A stretch of 15,104 nt of DNA, from positions 1 to 15,104 of the forward strand of contig JBMFLH010000046.1 of NCBI GenBank assembly GCA_049971295.1, in the 5' to 3' direction. The stretch is from Candidatus Ratteibacteria bacterium. GTDB lineage: Bacteria > Ratteibacteria > UBA8468 > B48-G9 > DTJG01. The notes beneath the pieces were generated by a model, which was given only the letters and a program-made list of their open reading frames with translations, had not been told where the DNA came from and did no database searches. A program made the translations under genes and the position numbers. The first letter of the stretch is position 1; each line of letters begins with the position of its first letter. This document shows positions 1 to 8,253 of this stretch, one piece after another.

Positions 1-73
1 CTATCCTGCCTCTCTCATCCATTACCGCTATATACGAGAACTTCTTGTGCTGATCTACTCCTATATATCGCAT
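1..73 (-). CDS. IS110-family transposase, N-terminal fragment running off the window edge
   Basis: Not in the ORF track. The reverse strand from ATG at 73 reads MRYIGVDQHKKFSYIAVMDERGRI, matching the IS110 DEDD RuvC-like N-terminus (hGhD.HK....h.hhD..G). A strong SD (AGAGGAGGT) lies just upstream. Confidence 0.85.
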   Translation of the reverse strand, partial: MRYIGVDQHKKFSYIAVMDERGRI

Positions 74-133
74 AGCGCACCTCCTCTTTTTTCTTCTTAT
101 TTTACTACCAGGGCACTATGCTTTCATTATATC
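1..133 (-). mobile_element. Left end of an IS110-family (probably IS1111-subgroup) insertion sequence
   Basis: Transposase start at 73; about 60 bp of non-coding leader containing TATAAT (131..126, minus strand); the host gene stops at 140. The exact boundary is inferred. Confidence 0.6.
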
Positions 134-139
134 TCCATT

Positions 140-811
140 TTATTGATATATCAATATTGCCCTTGACGGACTTGCGCTAAATGATTTCACCTTCAGGGGA
201 AGAATAATGATTTTTGCTCTACCCTGTTTTATTTTATCTCCATTCACAACCGGCGCGAGAGCCATTGCTCCAGAAAGATAAAGTTTTCTCAACTGTGGAA
301 GTGTTTTTGAATCAGAAGGGTCCTGAATGTCGTCGTAACAGGGTATGTCTGAAGCAAGAATTTTAATGTTTTTTGAAACAATCCAGTCCATACATTCAGA
401 ATCAAAATGCGGGCTTTCAGTTACAAATCCTTTTGTATTCCATCTTTTATACCATCCAGTGTAAATAATGAGGCAATCACCTGCTTTGATTTTTACTCCT
501 GCCTCGATAAGTTCTTTCTTTGTGATGTGACTGGCTGGTGGCTTTGTTTTTAGCTTAATGACACTTGCAGGCAGAAAAAGTTCTTCAAGAAAAATCTGGT
601 CAATGGTTTTTTCTCCTTTCAAAAGATGGGCAGGAGTTTCAAGATATGTTGATGTAAGAATGGAAAGTTCGATTTTGTGAGCACTGAAACCATCGTTTTC
701 AACAGTTGCAAGTTCAGTGATTTTTGGTCCTGAAAAGATGGGATTATGTAATTCATCTCCATAGTTCCACATTCCCTGTTCAATTGTTCCACTGATATCA
801 ACAAATTTCAT
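140..811 (-). CDS. Cyclase-family (kynurenine formamidase KynB-like) protein with a non-canonical metal motif
   Basis: Family pattern VDIS..I..GM..Y, LTSTYLETPAH (equivalent to HxGTHxDxPxH), LIIYTGW, P.F, ASD and C-terminal LPLKV...SASPSRAI. Confidence 0.85.
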   Translation of the reverse strand: MKFVDISGTIEQGMWNYGDELHNPIFSGPKITELATVENDGFSAHKIELSILTSTYLETPAHLLKGEKTIDQIFLEELFLPASVIKLKTKPPASHITKKELIEAGVKIKAGDCLIIYTGWYKRWNTKGFVTESPHFDSECMDWIVSKNIKILASDIPCYDDIQDPSDSKTLPQLRKLYLSGAMALAPVVNGDKIKQGRAKIIILPLKVKSFSASPSRAILIYQ

Positions 812-827
812 CTGGCCACCTTTTTAT

Positions 828-3125
828 TTAACACAGAGTTTTCTCAAACTTTTTCAGCAGTCCTGCATCTGCACATCCAGAAATAAAATGTATTAAGCCA
901 CGATAAACCCTTGCGTATTTTTTTGTCGTAATGGTACCCATTCCCGAAAGCCATCCTAAGTCATTCCAGGATTTGAAAAAAAGGTCAAAGTGCCAGAAAC
1001 ACTCTTTCAGATATTTTTTGTTACCAGTAAGGTAATACGCATACACAACAGACTCAACAAATAGTTCAGTTATCCGCACACCGTACTGACGATTTGCAAA
1101 ATTTTTTAAGCCATAATTAACCCATTTCAGAAAAAGATTTTTTGCCCAGAGTTGTTTTGTCGCCTGGTGGTATGCCATTAAACCAACAAGCACTGTGTTT
1201 GCATAAAAACCCTTTCCAAATGCTTCCTTTGCCTGCTGGGATGTGGTATTGTTTTTCAGTTGTTTAATCAGTTGCCCTGCTTTTTCAATATAAGAAATAT
1301 TGCCGGTTGTTTCATAACCATAAACAAGAGCAAGAATTGCCCATCCATACTCCCTGTTGAAGAAATTGTCAAATCTAAATTTTGTCTTATCAAAATAACC
1401 CATGTTAAAATCGCAAATTCCTTTAATAACATCAGGTGCATCATCGTCGCCAGTAAGGACATAGTAATGATACAGTCCCTGAGTCCACTGATGACTTGGA
1501 AGAGATGACATCATGGCAGTATGCCAGTATGAGTGCTGAGGAGTTGAGCGATGCTGCTGCCAGTGGTTACTATAATGTACAAAATCAACCTCTATTTGAT
1601 GCCGCGCTGCGGCAATCAATCTTTTCAGCACAGGAAAGCTTTTTGTTCTCATTGCTTCAAGCGCCAGGCAGTATATTGCATCATACTCATTGTTTGACCA
1701 GACAGGCTCAAGGCACAGTTGCATTTCATAAACCCCACCGGCTGTATTAAAAAGAATATCTATTTTATTTCTATCTTTAGGATATCTGGCATGTGAAAAA
1801 TAATACTGGGTGTATCCTTCGTCAGGTGTATCCCCATAGTGGAACATCTCAGAAATTGTATGAAACCTTCTTGTGGCATCAGATAAAAGATGAGAAAAAA
1901 TCCCTGCGCCTGATTGATTGTCAGAAAAAAGATACTGCTGATGCCAGGTGGATCCTGCGAGTTTTGAATCACTTTGTTCCAGCCAGCAATAAACAGGTTC
2001 AACGTATATTGATTGCGGATTTTTCAGAAAATTTTCAATCTCAGTGGAAGACTGTGAAAAATTAAAATCAAACGCAACTCTATAGCTCATTCCCTGTTGT
2101 AAATGAAGAGTTCCTGCAAATTCAGGCCAGATGTCGTATGTGAGCATACCCGGTTCAGCAACAACCCTTTTCGGTCTATGGTGGACAAAATCCCTCATAC
2201 AACAAACAACTGCAGACGTATGATCTGTTAGACACACCGCATCTCCCACAGTTTTGTTTAAATCTCTTAAAAACACGGGATAATCAAAGGCATCACCAAG
2301 AATAGAAACATCCTTCACATAAGGCCTGTAATTTGTCCTGTCAACGAGTATTTCAGCAGAATGATTTGCTTCAACAACTCGATTTACAGCAAAATTACTG
2401 TACATTTCTTGAAGAAGAAGTAATTTCCTTAGCTCTGAGAAAGAAAACTGACAGAAAAGTCTCTCAATATTGATAAAAGTATGTTTTTCAAGACAATGGA
2501 AAAAGTGAATTGAAACAGAAAAGCCTTGAATGCCAGCAAGAAATTCAATCCTGATTTTTACATCAAGTAATTTCTCACGTGTCTTTTCGTTAACAAGAAA
2601 GCCCTTCCAGGATGCTTGAAATCTGTTTTTTCCACAACTTTCAACCTGAACATAGGCTTGGCTAGATTGAAATTTGTATTTTTCTCTGCCTTTTATTGCC
2701 ACGATGTTCCATTGATTTTGTGTTGTAACGACCTGGTTTTTATGTAAAAAAATGGAATGAATTGGAAAATCGTTTTGTTTTGAAAATGTCACAGAAAGAG
2801 AGCCGTTTTGTACTACAAATTCACCTTCGGTTTCATTGATAATGAGCGCAAAACCTGTTGTTTTTGAGAAGGAAACATTTTGTATTGTGTACATGCCATT
2901 GCCACAACCTAAAAAATCCAGTTGCATCCATCGCGGGGAACCATCAGGATATTTTACAAGTATCCGTGATTGAGCAGAGACTTTTGAACCATCCGGTCTT
3001 TCAACAGAAAAATCAAGATGTCTGCACTGCCCAGGGGCCAATGGAATACTTGTCCTGCACGGTGCAGTTTTTCTATCTGCAGGAAAATTGTTTACAATGA
3101 CTTGCCATTTTTTATAACTTGCCAT
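828..3125 (-). CDS. PcRGLX/YetA-like protein (exo-rhamnogalacturonan-lyase-like architecture); substrate unknown
   Basis: 765 aa. N-terminal YPDGSPRWMQLDF; C-terminal alpha/alpha-toroid motifs WSNNEYD, HQIEVD, SHQWTQGL..YY.LTGD and REYGW. No obvious signal peptide. Confidence 0.65.
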   Translation of the reverse strand: MASYKKWQVIVNNFPADRKTAPCRTSIPLAPGQCRHLDFSVERPDGSKVSAQSRILVKYPDGSPRWMQLDFLGCGNGMYTIQNVSFSKTTGFALIINETEGEFVVQNGSLSVTFSKQNDFPIHSIFLHKNQVVTTQNQWNIVAIKGREKYKFQSSQAYVQVESCGKNRFQASWKGFLVNEKTREKLLDVKIRIEFLAGIQGFSVSIHFFHCLEKHTFINIERLFCQFSFSELRKLLLLQEMYSNFAVNRVVEANHSAEILVDRTNYRPYVKDVSILGDAFDYPVFLRDLNKTVGDAVCLTDHTSAVVCCMRDFVHHRPKRVVAEPGMLTYDIWPEFAGTLHLQQGMSYRVAFDFNFSQSSTEIENFLKNPQSIYVEPVYCWLEQSDSKLAGSTWHQQYLFSDNQSGAGIFSHLLSDATRRFHTISEMFHYGDTPDEGYTQYYFSHARYPKDRNKIDILFNTAGGVYEMQLCLEPVWSNNEYDAIYCLALEAMRTKSFPVLKRLIAAARHQIEVDFVHYSNHWQQHRSTPQHSYWHTAMMSSLPSHQWTQGLYHYYVLTGDDDAPDVIKGICDFNMGYFDKTKFRFDNFFNREYGWAILALVYGYETTGNISYIEKAGQLIKQLKNNTTSQQAKEAFGKGFYANTVLVGLMAYHQATKQLWAKNLFLKWVNYGLKNFANRQYGVRITELFVESVVYAYYLTGNKKYLKECFWHFDLFFKSWNDLGWLSGMGTITTKKYARVYRGLIHFISGCADAGLLKKFEKTLC

Positions 3126-3873
3126 ATTCAGAAAATTTCAATCTGTCTTTCAAAATCGGAAAGGACCTACGTATTTCGCTTACCTGTTCAATACGAATGT
3201 CGCATACGAACGCACCCTGACTATTTTCAGCATCCATAATAACATTCCCCCATGGGTCTATTACGCATGAATCTCCACAATACTTTTCGTCTGGACTTTC
3301 GCCTATTCTATTTACGGCTGCGACAAATGCCTGGTTTTCAATTGCTCGTGCCTGAAGCAATGTCTTCCAGTGAGATTTCCTTTTTTCAGACCAGTTTGCA
3401 ATCACAATAAATATATCTGTTTTCTCAGCATATGTCCAGAATAATGGAGCAAATCTCAGGTCATAGCAAATAAATGGCGTGATGGTTATTTTACCAATGA
3501 CAAATGACTCTATTTTTCTTCCGGGAAGATGATGTAATGGCTCGCCTGATGGGGAAAAAAGATGAATTTTTCTTGTTGTTGAAATGGGACGGCCTTCTGG
3601 ATTGAGGGTGATACAAACATTCTGATGATCGTAAATACCACCAAAACAGACGTATGAACTGTATCTTTGCGCAATATTTGAGAAAAATTCTATGTCCTGT
3701 TGCGTAAGAGATGTTATCTCTTTATTGAAAGAAAAACCAGTGAGAGTTGTTTCAGGAAAAATGATCAGGTTAACCTGGCTCTTTTCAACTCCTGAAAGAA
3801 TTTCTCTTATTTGTGCTTTGTTTTCCTGTTTGTTTTCCCACTTTACCTCAAACTGGCACAGGCATATTTTCAT
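3112..3873 (-). CDS. Carbon-nitrogen hydrolase (nitrilase superfamily; omega-amidase/YafV-like)
   Basis: E-K-C triad motifs FPE, RKIHLF and ICYDLRF, plus ARAIENQ and NRIG. ATG at 3873 (MKICLCQ) is preferred over TTG at 3882. Overlaps the next gene by 14 bp. Confidence 0.9.
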   Translation of the reverse strand: MKICLCQFEVKWENKQENKAQIREILSGVEKSQVNLIIFPETTLTGFSFNKEITSLTQQDIEFFSNIAQRYSSYVCFGGIYDHQNVCITLNPEGRPISTTRKIHLFSPSGEPLHHLPGRKIESFVIGKITITPFICYDLRFAPLFWTYAEKTDIFIVIANWSEKRKSHWKTLLQARAIENQAFVAAVNRIGESPDEKYCGDSCVIDPWGNVIMDAENSQGAFVCDIRIEQVSEIRRSFPILKDRLKFSEYGKL

Positions 3874-3892
3874 TGGAGACAATGGGATAGTA

Positions 3893-4279
3893 TTACTTTA
3901 CCCCTGAAACGAGATTTCTGATAATGGGAAGCAATCGCTGGATATTGAATGGCTTTGTCACATAGTAGTCAACACCGAGCTCATACCCCCTGATTTTATC
4001 ATCATCGGATGTTTTTCCTGTGACCATGATCACAGGCACCCTTCGGCTTCTCCAGCCAGATTTCAACCGTTCAAGGACTTCCCATCCATTGAGCCGTGGC
4101 ATTTCGATGTCAAGAAGAACAAGGTCTGGTCTGAATTCGCGAAATCTTTCAAGTGCCTGCTCTCCATCCTCCGCAATGACAACCCTGTAACCCGCACGCA
4201 ACAGCCCCTGTTGGAGTATCAATCGTGTTTCAGGGTCATCTTCAGCCACAAGAATTGTTTTTATTTGTCCGTCGGTCAT
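3893..4279 (-). CDS. Single-domain (CheY-like) response regulator receiver
   Basis: ILVAEDD, LLDIEMPRLNGW (phosphoacceptor Asp), VTG and YVTKPF; no output domain. Start placed at ATG 4279 (MTDGQ) because the upstream TTG overlaps the -10 box. Confidence 0.9.
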   Translation of the reverse strand: MTDGQIKTILVAEDDPETRLILQQGLLRAGYRVVIAEDGEQALERFREFRPDLVLLDIEMPRLNGWEVLERLKSGWRSRRVPVIMVTGKTSDDDKIRGYELGVDYYVTKPFNIQRLLPIIRNLVSGVK

Positions 4280-4285
4280 GAAAAC

Positions 4286-4314
4286 ATTATACAACAGGAA
4301 GGGCTGTTAGACAA
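4286..4314 (-). promoter_or_regulatory. Sigma70-type promoter for the response regulator (probably leaderless)
   Basis: TTGTCT (4314..4309) - 17 bp - TATAAT (4291..4286) - 6 nt - ATG (4279); no SD. Confidence 0.65.
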
Positions 4315-4334
4315 AATTATGTGCGAAACATTTA

Positions 4335-5966
4335 TCAGGGTAATTGTTTGATAATCTCATCACGAGCAGAAAAATCAATCTTTTTGAATTGCCCACTTTT
4401 TGTTTTTATCAATATTACTTTTTCCTTTGTTGCATATCCAATAATCGTTGCCATGATACCGGATTTTTTATACACCCTGACAAGTTTTTCAGCACTCTTT
4501 TTATCTGTAACAACCAGCAGGCACCCTGAAGAAATCAAACCATAAACATCTATGTTGAGATACTCACAGAAAATTTTTGCTGGTTTATAAAATGAAATGC
4601 TTTTCTCATTTAGAATAAACCCGCATCCAAGGGATTCTGCAATTTCAGCAATTCCGCACGCAATTCCTCCTTCTGTTGGATCATGCATTCTGATAACAGG
4701 AACTGTTTTCCATGCTATCATTGCTTCCTTTACAATAGAAAGCCCGGGCTTTTTTGTCGCATTGATTGCCTTTTTGAAGGCATCGGGGAAATTTTTTGCC
4801 AGCACTGGTTTTTCTCTTGTCAGAATTGAAGCACCTTCAATACCTGCCTGTTTCACCAGTATCAGGGCATCGCCTGACTTGATTTTTTTAACCTTCTTGA
4901 TATATTTCAATTTTTCTCCTGCCATAGCGCAGCATAGTACAATTTGCGAAACAGAAGAACTGATTTCAGTGTGTCCACCAACCCATGCAATTTTAAATTG
5001 ACGGCATGTTTTTGAAATATCGGAGAAAGTTTCTTCAATGGAAGGAAATGTTGTGCCGACAGGAAAAATCATGGTTGTTAGGAGCCAGCGAGGAACTCCA
5101 CCAGCACAGGCAATATCATTGGCATTGATTGTGACAGCGTATTTGCCAGTGTCTTTTGTAACAAGTGTAATGGGGTCAGACTTCAAAATCAAATTGTTTT
5201 TTGATGTTTTAATTAAAGCGGCATCCATACCAATATCGGGTCCTGTCTCAACTGATTCATCAAGCACGCAATATTTTTTAATCAGGTACTTAAGCAACTG
5301 ATGTTCGAGTTTTCCTTCTGGAAGTTTCTTCAGTCCAAGGAGAACTACAAGTTTTGTAATGTCGTCGTAGACAAAGTCAGCGCCGACATTGGTAAAATCC
5401 TGATGCGATTTTCCACCTGTCAGCACCCCGCAGGATAGGATCCCAAGTTTCTTTGCCGCAAGCACATCAAACATATGGTCTCCTGCAACCAGAACCTCAT
5501 CTTTTTTCAAACCGAGTTTTTTTAGCATTACATTGATGTGTAATGTGTGCGGTTTCACTTCAGGGACGTCTTCTCTTGCAAGCAACACATCGAATGGGAT
5601 ATGGTTTTCCTTCAAAATTGTCTCAACAATGCTTCTGCTGTTTCTTGTGATGATGCCTATGGCGATGCCGAATTTTTTTAATTGAGCAAGAAATTCAATC
5701 ACTCCCCTGATGGGTTTTGCATTTTTTGAATATGCGTATTCTTTTTCAAGCAAAAGAGCGTGAGCTTTTTTTAGAAACTCCTCTGATTTTGTTTTGTTCA
5801 GCTTTTTTATCTTCTTCAGGTATTCAAGAATTGGAAGTTTTTCTTCTGGTTCTTTGAGTTTATATTGGTGGGCAAGTTCACTGATTTCAATGAAGATTTT
5901 CTTAAAGTCAATCTCCTGACTTACAATTGTTCCATCAAAGTCAAAGATAATTCCTTTAATTCGCAT
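4335..5966 (-). CDS. Fusion of a HAD-IA family phosphatase and an AIR synthase-related (PurM/HypE/ThiL superfamily) domain
   Basis: About aa 1-210: HAD motifs DFDGT, ITRNS, KP and GDHMFD. About aa 215-543: GKL, GPDIGMDAA, KSDPIT, NANDIACAGGVP, GGHTE, MHDPTEGG and LISSGCLL. Confidence 0.88.
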   Translation of the reverse strand: MRIKGIIFDFDGTIVSQEIDFKKIFIEISELAHQYKLKEPEEKLPILEYLKKIKKLNKTKSEEFLKKAHALLLEKEYAYSKNAKPIRGVIEFLAQLKKFGIAIGIITRNSRSIVETILKENHIPFDVLLAREDVPEVKPHTLHINVMLKKLGLKKDEVLVAGDHMFDVLAAKKLGILSCGVLTGGKSHQDFTNVGADFVYDDITKLVVLLGLKKLPEGKLEHQLLKYLIKKYCVLDESVETGPDIGMDAALIKTSKNNLILKSDPITLVTKDTGKYAVTINANDIACAGGVPRWLLTTMIFPVGTTFPSIEETFSDISKTCRQFKIAWVGGHTEISSSVSQIVLCCAMAGEKLKYIKKVKKIKSGDALILVKQAGIEGASILTREKPVLAKNFPDAFKKAINATKKPGLSIVKEAMIAWKTVPVIRMHDPTEGGIACGIAEIAESLGCGFILNEKSISFYKPAKIFCEYLNIDVYGLISSGCLLVVTDKKSAEKLVRVYKKSGIMATIIGYATKEKVILIKTKSGQFKKIDFSARDEIIKQLP

Positions 5967-6010
5967 AATATTATTTTAACCCGGCTGCAGTTGGAACAAA
6001 AATTCAGGTC

Positions 6011-6042
6011 TTGTTTTTCTCTCTGAAATCTGGTATTATAAT
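6011..6042 (+). promoter_or_regulatory. Putative sigma70 promoter for the kinase-phosphoesterase pair
   Basis: TTGTTT (6011-6016) - 17 bp - TATTAT (6034-6039) with an extended -10 TG; an overlapping TATAAT at 6037-6042; located in a divergent intergenic region. Confidence 0.5.
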
Positions 6043-6083
6043 GTTGTAATTTTAATTTTTTTTATTTTATTGTCATTATGTAA

Positions 6084-6878
6084 ATGTTTAGCAAAAGGGC
6101 GGGCCAGGTTATTGAAGGGTATGAAATCATTGAACAGATATGGCAGGGTTCAACATCTGGTGTATATCTTGCCAAAACCACCACACACAATCCTGAGTTT
6201 GGTCCGTATGTGGCGATAAAAATTCTGAATACCAGAAGAAGCCGCTTCATGAATTCACATCATATCGCTCAATTTAAGAAGCAGGCGCAGATTGCCATGG
6301 AATTAAATCATCCCAACATCGTGAAGGCATACAAACTATTTCAGGATAACCACGATATTGGAATCATTATGGAATATGTGCCGGGTAAAAGTTTAAGGCA
6401 GTGGTCTATGGAGAAAACTTTTTCTCTCGAAGAAGTTCTCGCAATTTTCAGGTCAATGCTTTCAGCTCTTGAGCACCTTGAACAGCATAAAATCGTCCAC
6501 AAAGACATCAAACCAGAAAACATTTTACTTTCTTCTGACTTACAATTGATTAAACTAACAGATTTTGGTTATGCGGTTAGAAAAAGTTTCTTTGCATTTG
6601 ATAGGTTTCCTTACGCAGGAACAGAAAGATACATGGCTCCAGAAAGGCGGTTTGGACAGGTGACATTCAGAAGCGATATATATAGTTTGGGCAAGATTAT
6701 CGAAGAATACCTTGGCAAATGTAATTGCGAAATTCCAGCATATGTCATCGCAATACTGAAAAATTGTATAGACCCTGACCCAAACAATAGATACGAACAC
6801 GCTTCTCTCGCCCGCAAAGACCTTGAATTTTTGACAGAATACCACAGGAAAAAGGATGCTATACGGCATCATTTCTGA
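6084..6878 (+). CDS. Hanks-type Ser/Thr protein kinase, catalytic domain only
   Basis: VAIK, LNHPNIV, IIMEYVPG, HKDIKPENILL, DFG, GTERYMAPE, SDIYSLG and DP.NR. No transmembrane or sensor domain. Confidence 0.92.
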   Translation: MFSKRAGQVIEGYEIIEQIWQGSTSGVYLAKTTTHNPEFGPYVAIKILNTRRSRFMNSHHIAQFKKQAQIAMELNHPNIVKAYKLFQDNHDIGIIMEYVPGKSLRQWSMEKTFSLEEVLAIFRSMLSALEHLEQHKIVHKDIKPENILLSSDLQLIKLTDFGYAVRKSFFAFDRFPYAGTERYMAPERRFGQVTFRSDIYSLGKIIEEYLGKCNCEIPAYVIAILKNCIDPDPNNRYEHASLARKDLEFLTEYHRKKDAIRHHF

Positions 6879-7596
6879 CATCCACGGAAATCTTGAAGCA
6901 GCCATGGAAGTAAAAGATTTCCTGATTAAAAGTGGTGTAGAAAAAATTCTTTTTCTTGGAGACATGGTGGGTTATGGAGTTAATCCAGCAGAGTGTATAG
7001 ACCTTTTTGATTTGCCAGGTAGCGTTTTTATCAAAGGTAACCACGAAGAGGCGTGTATTACTGGCAGATATGAGGGCTTTACCCCTGACGCGAAGATGGC
7101 AATGGACTGGACAAGAAAAAATCTTTCAGATGATTACAAAAAGAAATTGTCCGAATGGAAGGAAACACTGGAAATAGAAGATTTCGTCATCTGTCATGGC
7201 GGATTGAATAATCCTTTGTACTTTTACACCAGTTCCCGTTCCAGAGCAAAGAAAATGTTTGATGAGTTTAGATTTCATTATTGTTTTGTGGGACATACCC
7301 ATTTCCCGATGGTTTTTGTTGATGAAGAAAATAAGGACATGCCATCTATGATTGCAGAAGACCCGAATGGAAACATCAGAGTAGTGATAGAAGAGAATAA
7401 GAGATATATTCTCAATGTTGGCAGTGTGGGTCAGCCAAGGGATGGGAATCCAGAGGCATGTTGCTGCCTTTATGACTCAAAGAGCAGATTGTTTCAACTG
7501 TTAAGGATACCGTATCCCGCTGAAATCACATCAAAAAAAATTGCTGAGGCAGGACTTCCTTCTTCTCTTGCCGCAAGGATCTTGCGCGGGCTGTAA
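6856..7596 (+). CDS. Calcineurin-like metallophosphoesterase
   Basis: SDIHGN, LGDMVGYG, GNHE, CHG, GHTH and NVGSVGQPRDG. SD AAGGA precedes the ATG; overlaps the kinase by 23 bp. Confidence 0.92.
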   Translation: MLYGIISDIHGNLEAAMEVKDFLIKSGVEKILFLGDMVGYGVNPAECIDLFDLPGSVFIKGNHEEACITGRYEGFTPDAKMAMDWTRKNLSDDYKKKLSEWKETLEIEDFVICHGGLNNPLYFYTSSRSRAKKMFDEFRFHYCFVGHTHFPMVFVDEENKDMPSMIAEDPNGNIRVVIEENKRYILNVGSVGQPRDGNPEACCCLYDSKSRLFQLLRIPYPAEITSKKIAEAGLPSSLAARILRGL

Positions 7597-7621
7597 TTTG
7601 ATAGTACATAGCATCGAATCA

Positions 7622-8245
7622 TTATTTTTTGTCAGCAGCAAGAAATACCCTTTCGTATTCCTGCTGTGAATCATCAGTCAGGGTCAAAGTCATGCTGTAA
7701 TCAGGAACTCCAGCAACATGACCATCTGAAAATAAAATGTTGACAAATTTGCCTTTATGGTTAAATTTCCCTTCTGATGCAAGATTAAAATCCATCAAAA
7801 AGGCAAAAACACCTGAAGTACCTTCGATTTCTGGCCTGTAAACATAAGCAGATTCCACAATTCCGCCGGATTCATCTGCCTTTTTTACTTTTTCTCCATT
7901 TGCATAGTTACTTGATGGGCATCCATACATTTCAATACTTCTCAAATGAGCGTGAAATCTTCCAATTCCAACATATTCACCCGTTGCATCTCGAATGATA
8001 TTCCCATAATAAGCGCCATCATAAAAAGAACCGCCATCTATAATCCTCATACCGATTGTCATTCCAATTTGTTTGATATTATTCATGCACACCACCCTTC
8101 TTGCAGATTCTCTTGCCCTTGCAAGCACAGGAAGAAGAAGCCCTGCAAGAATCGCAATAATCCCTATTACCACCAGCAGTTCAATCAATGTGAAACCCCC
8201 TTCAGTCAGATCGTTTTTGTTATCAAAATTTATGCGGTTCATCAT
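7622..8245 (-). CDS. Prepilin-type N-terminal cleavage/methylation protein with H-X9-DG C-terminal motif (DUF1559-like)
   Basis: [41 protein letters not shown] and [16 protein letters not shown]. Confidence 0.9.
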   Translation of the reverse strand: MMNRINFDNKNDLTEGGFTLIELLVVIGIIAILAGLLLPVLARARESARRVVCMNNIKQIGMTIGMRIIDGGSFYDGAYYGNIIRDATGEYVGIGRFHAHLRSIEMYGCPSSNYANGEKVKKADESGGIVESAYVYRPEIEGTSGVFAFLMDFNLASEGKFNHKGKFVNILFSDGHVAGVPDYSMTLTLTDDSQQEYERVFLAADKK

Positions 8246-8253
8246 ATAGAAGA

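Noticed and set aside
114..125. Mini-ORF ATG-AAA-GCA-TAG after GGAGA on the minus strand
   Set aside because: Only three codons and overlapping the presumed IS end; likely incidental.
1260..5301. Numerous 60-134 aa alternative-frame or antisense ORFs
   Set aside because: They overlap confidently assigned genes and show no family signatures.
4335..5330. Calling the C-terminal domain hypE, thiL or purM
   Set aside because: It lacks the HypE C-terminal PRIC and any pathway context; only superfamily-level assignment is supported.
7597..7621. Intrinsic terminator between convergent genes
   Set aside because: No convincing stem-loop with a U-tract in the 25-bp gap.
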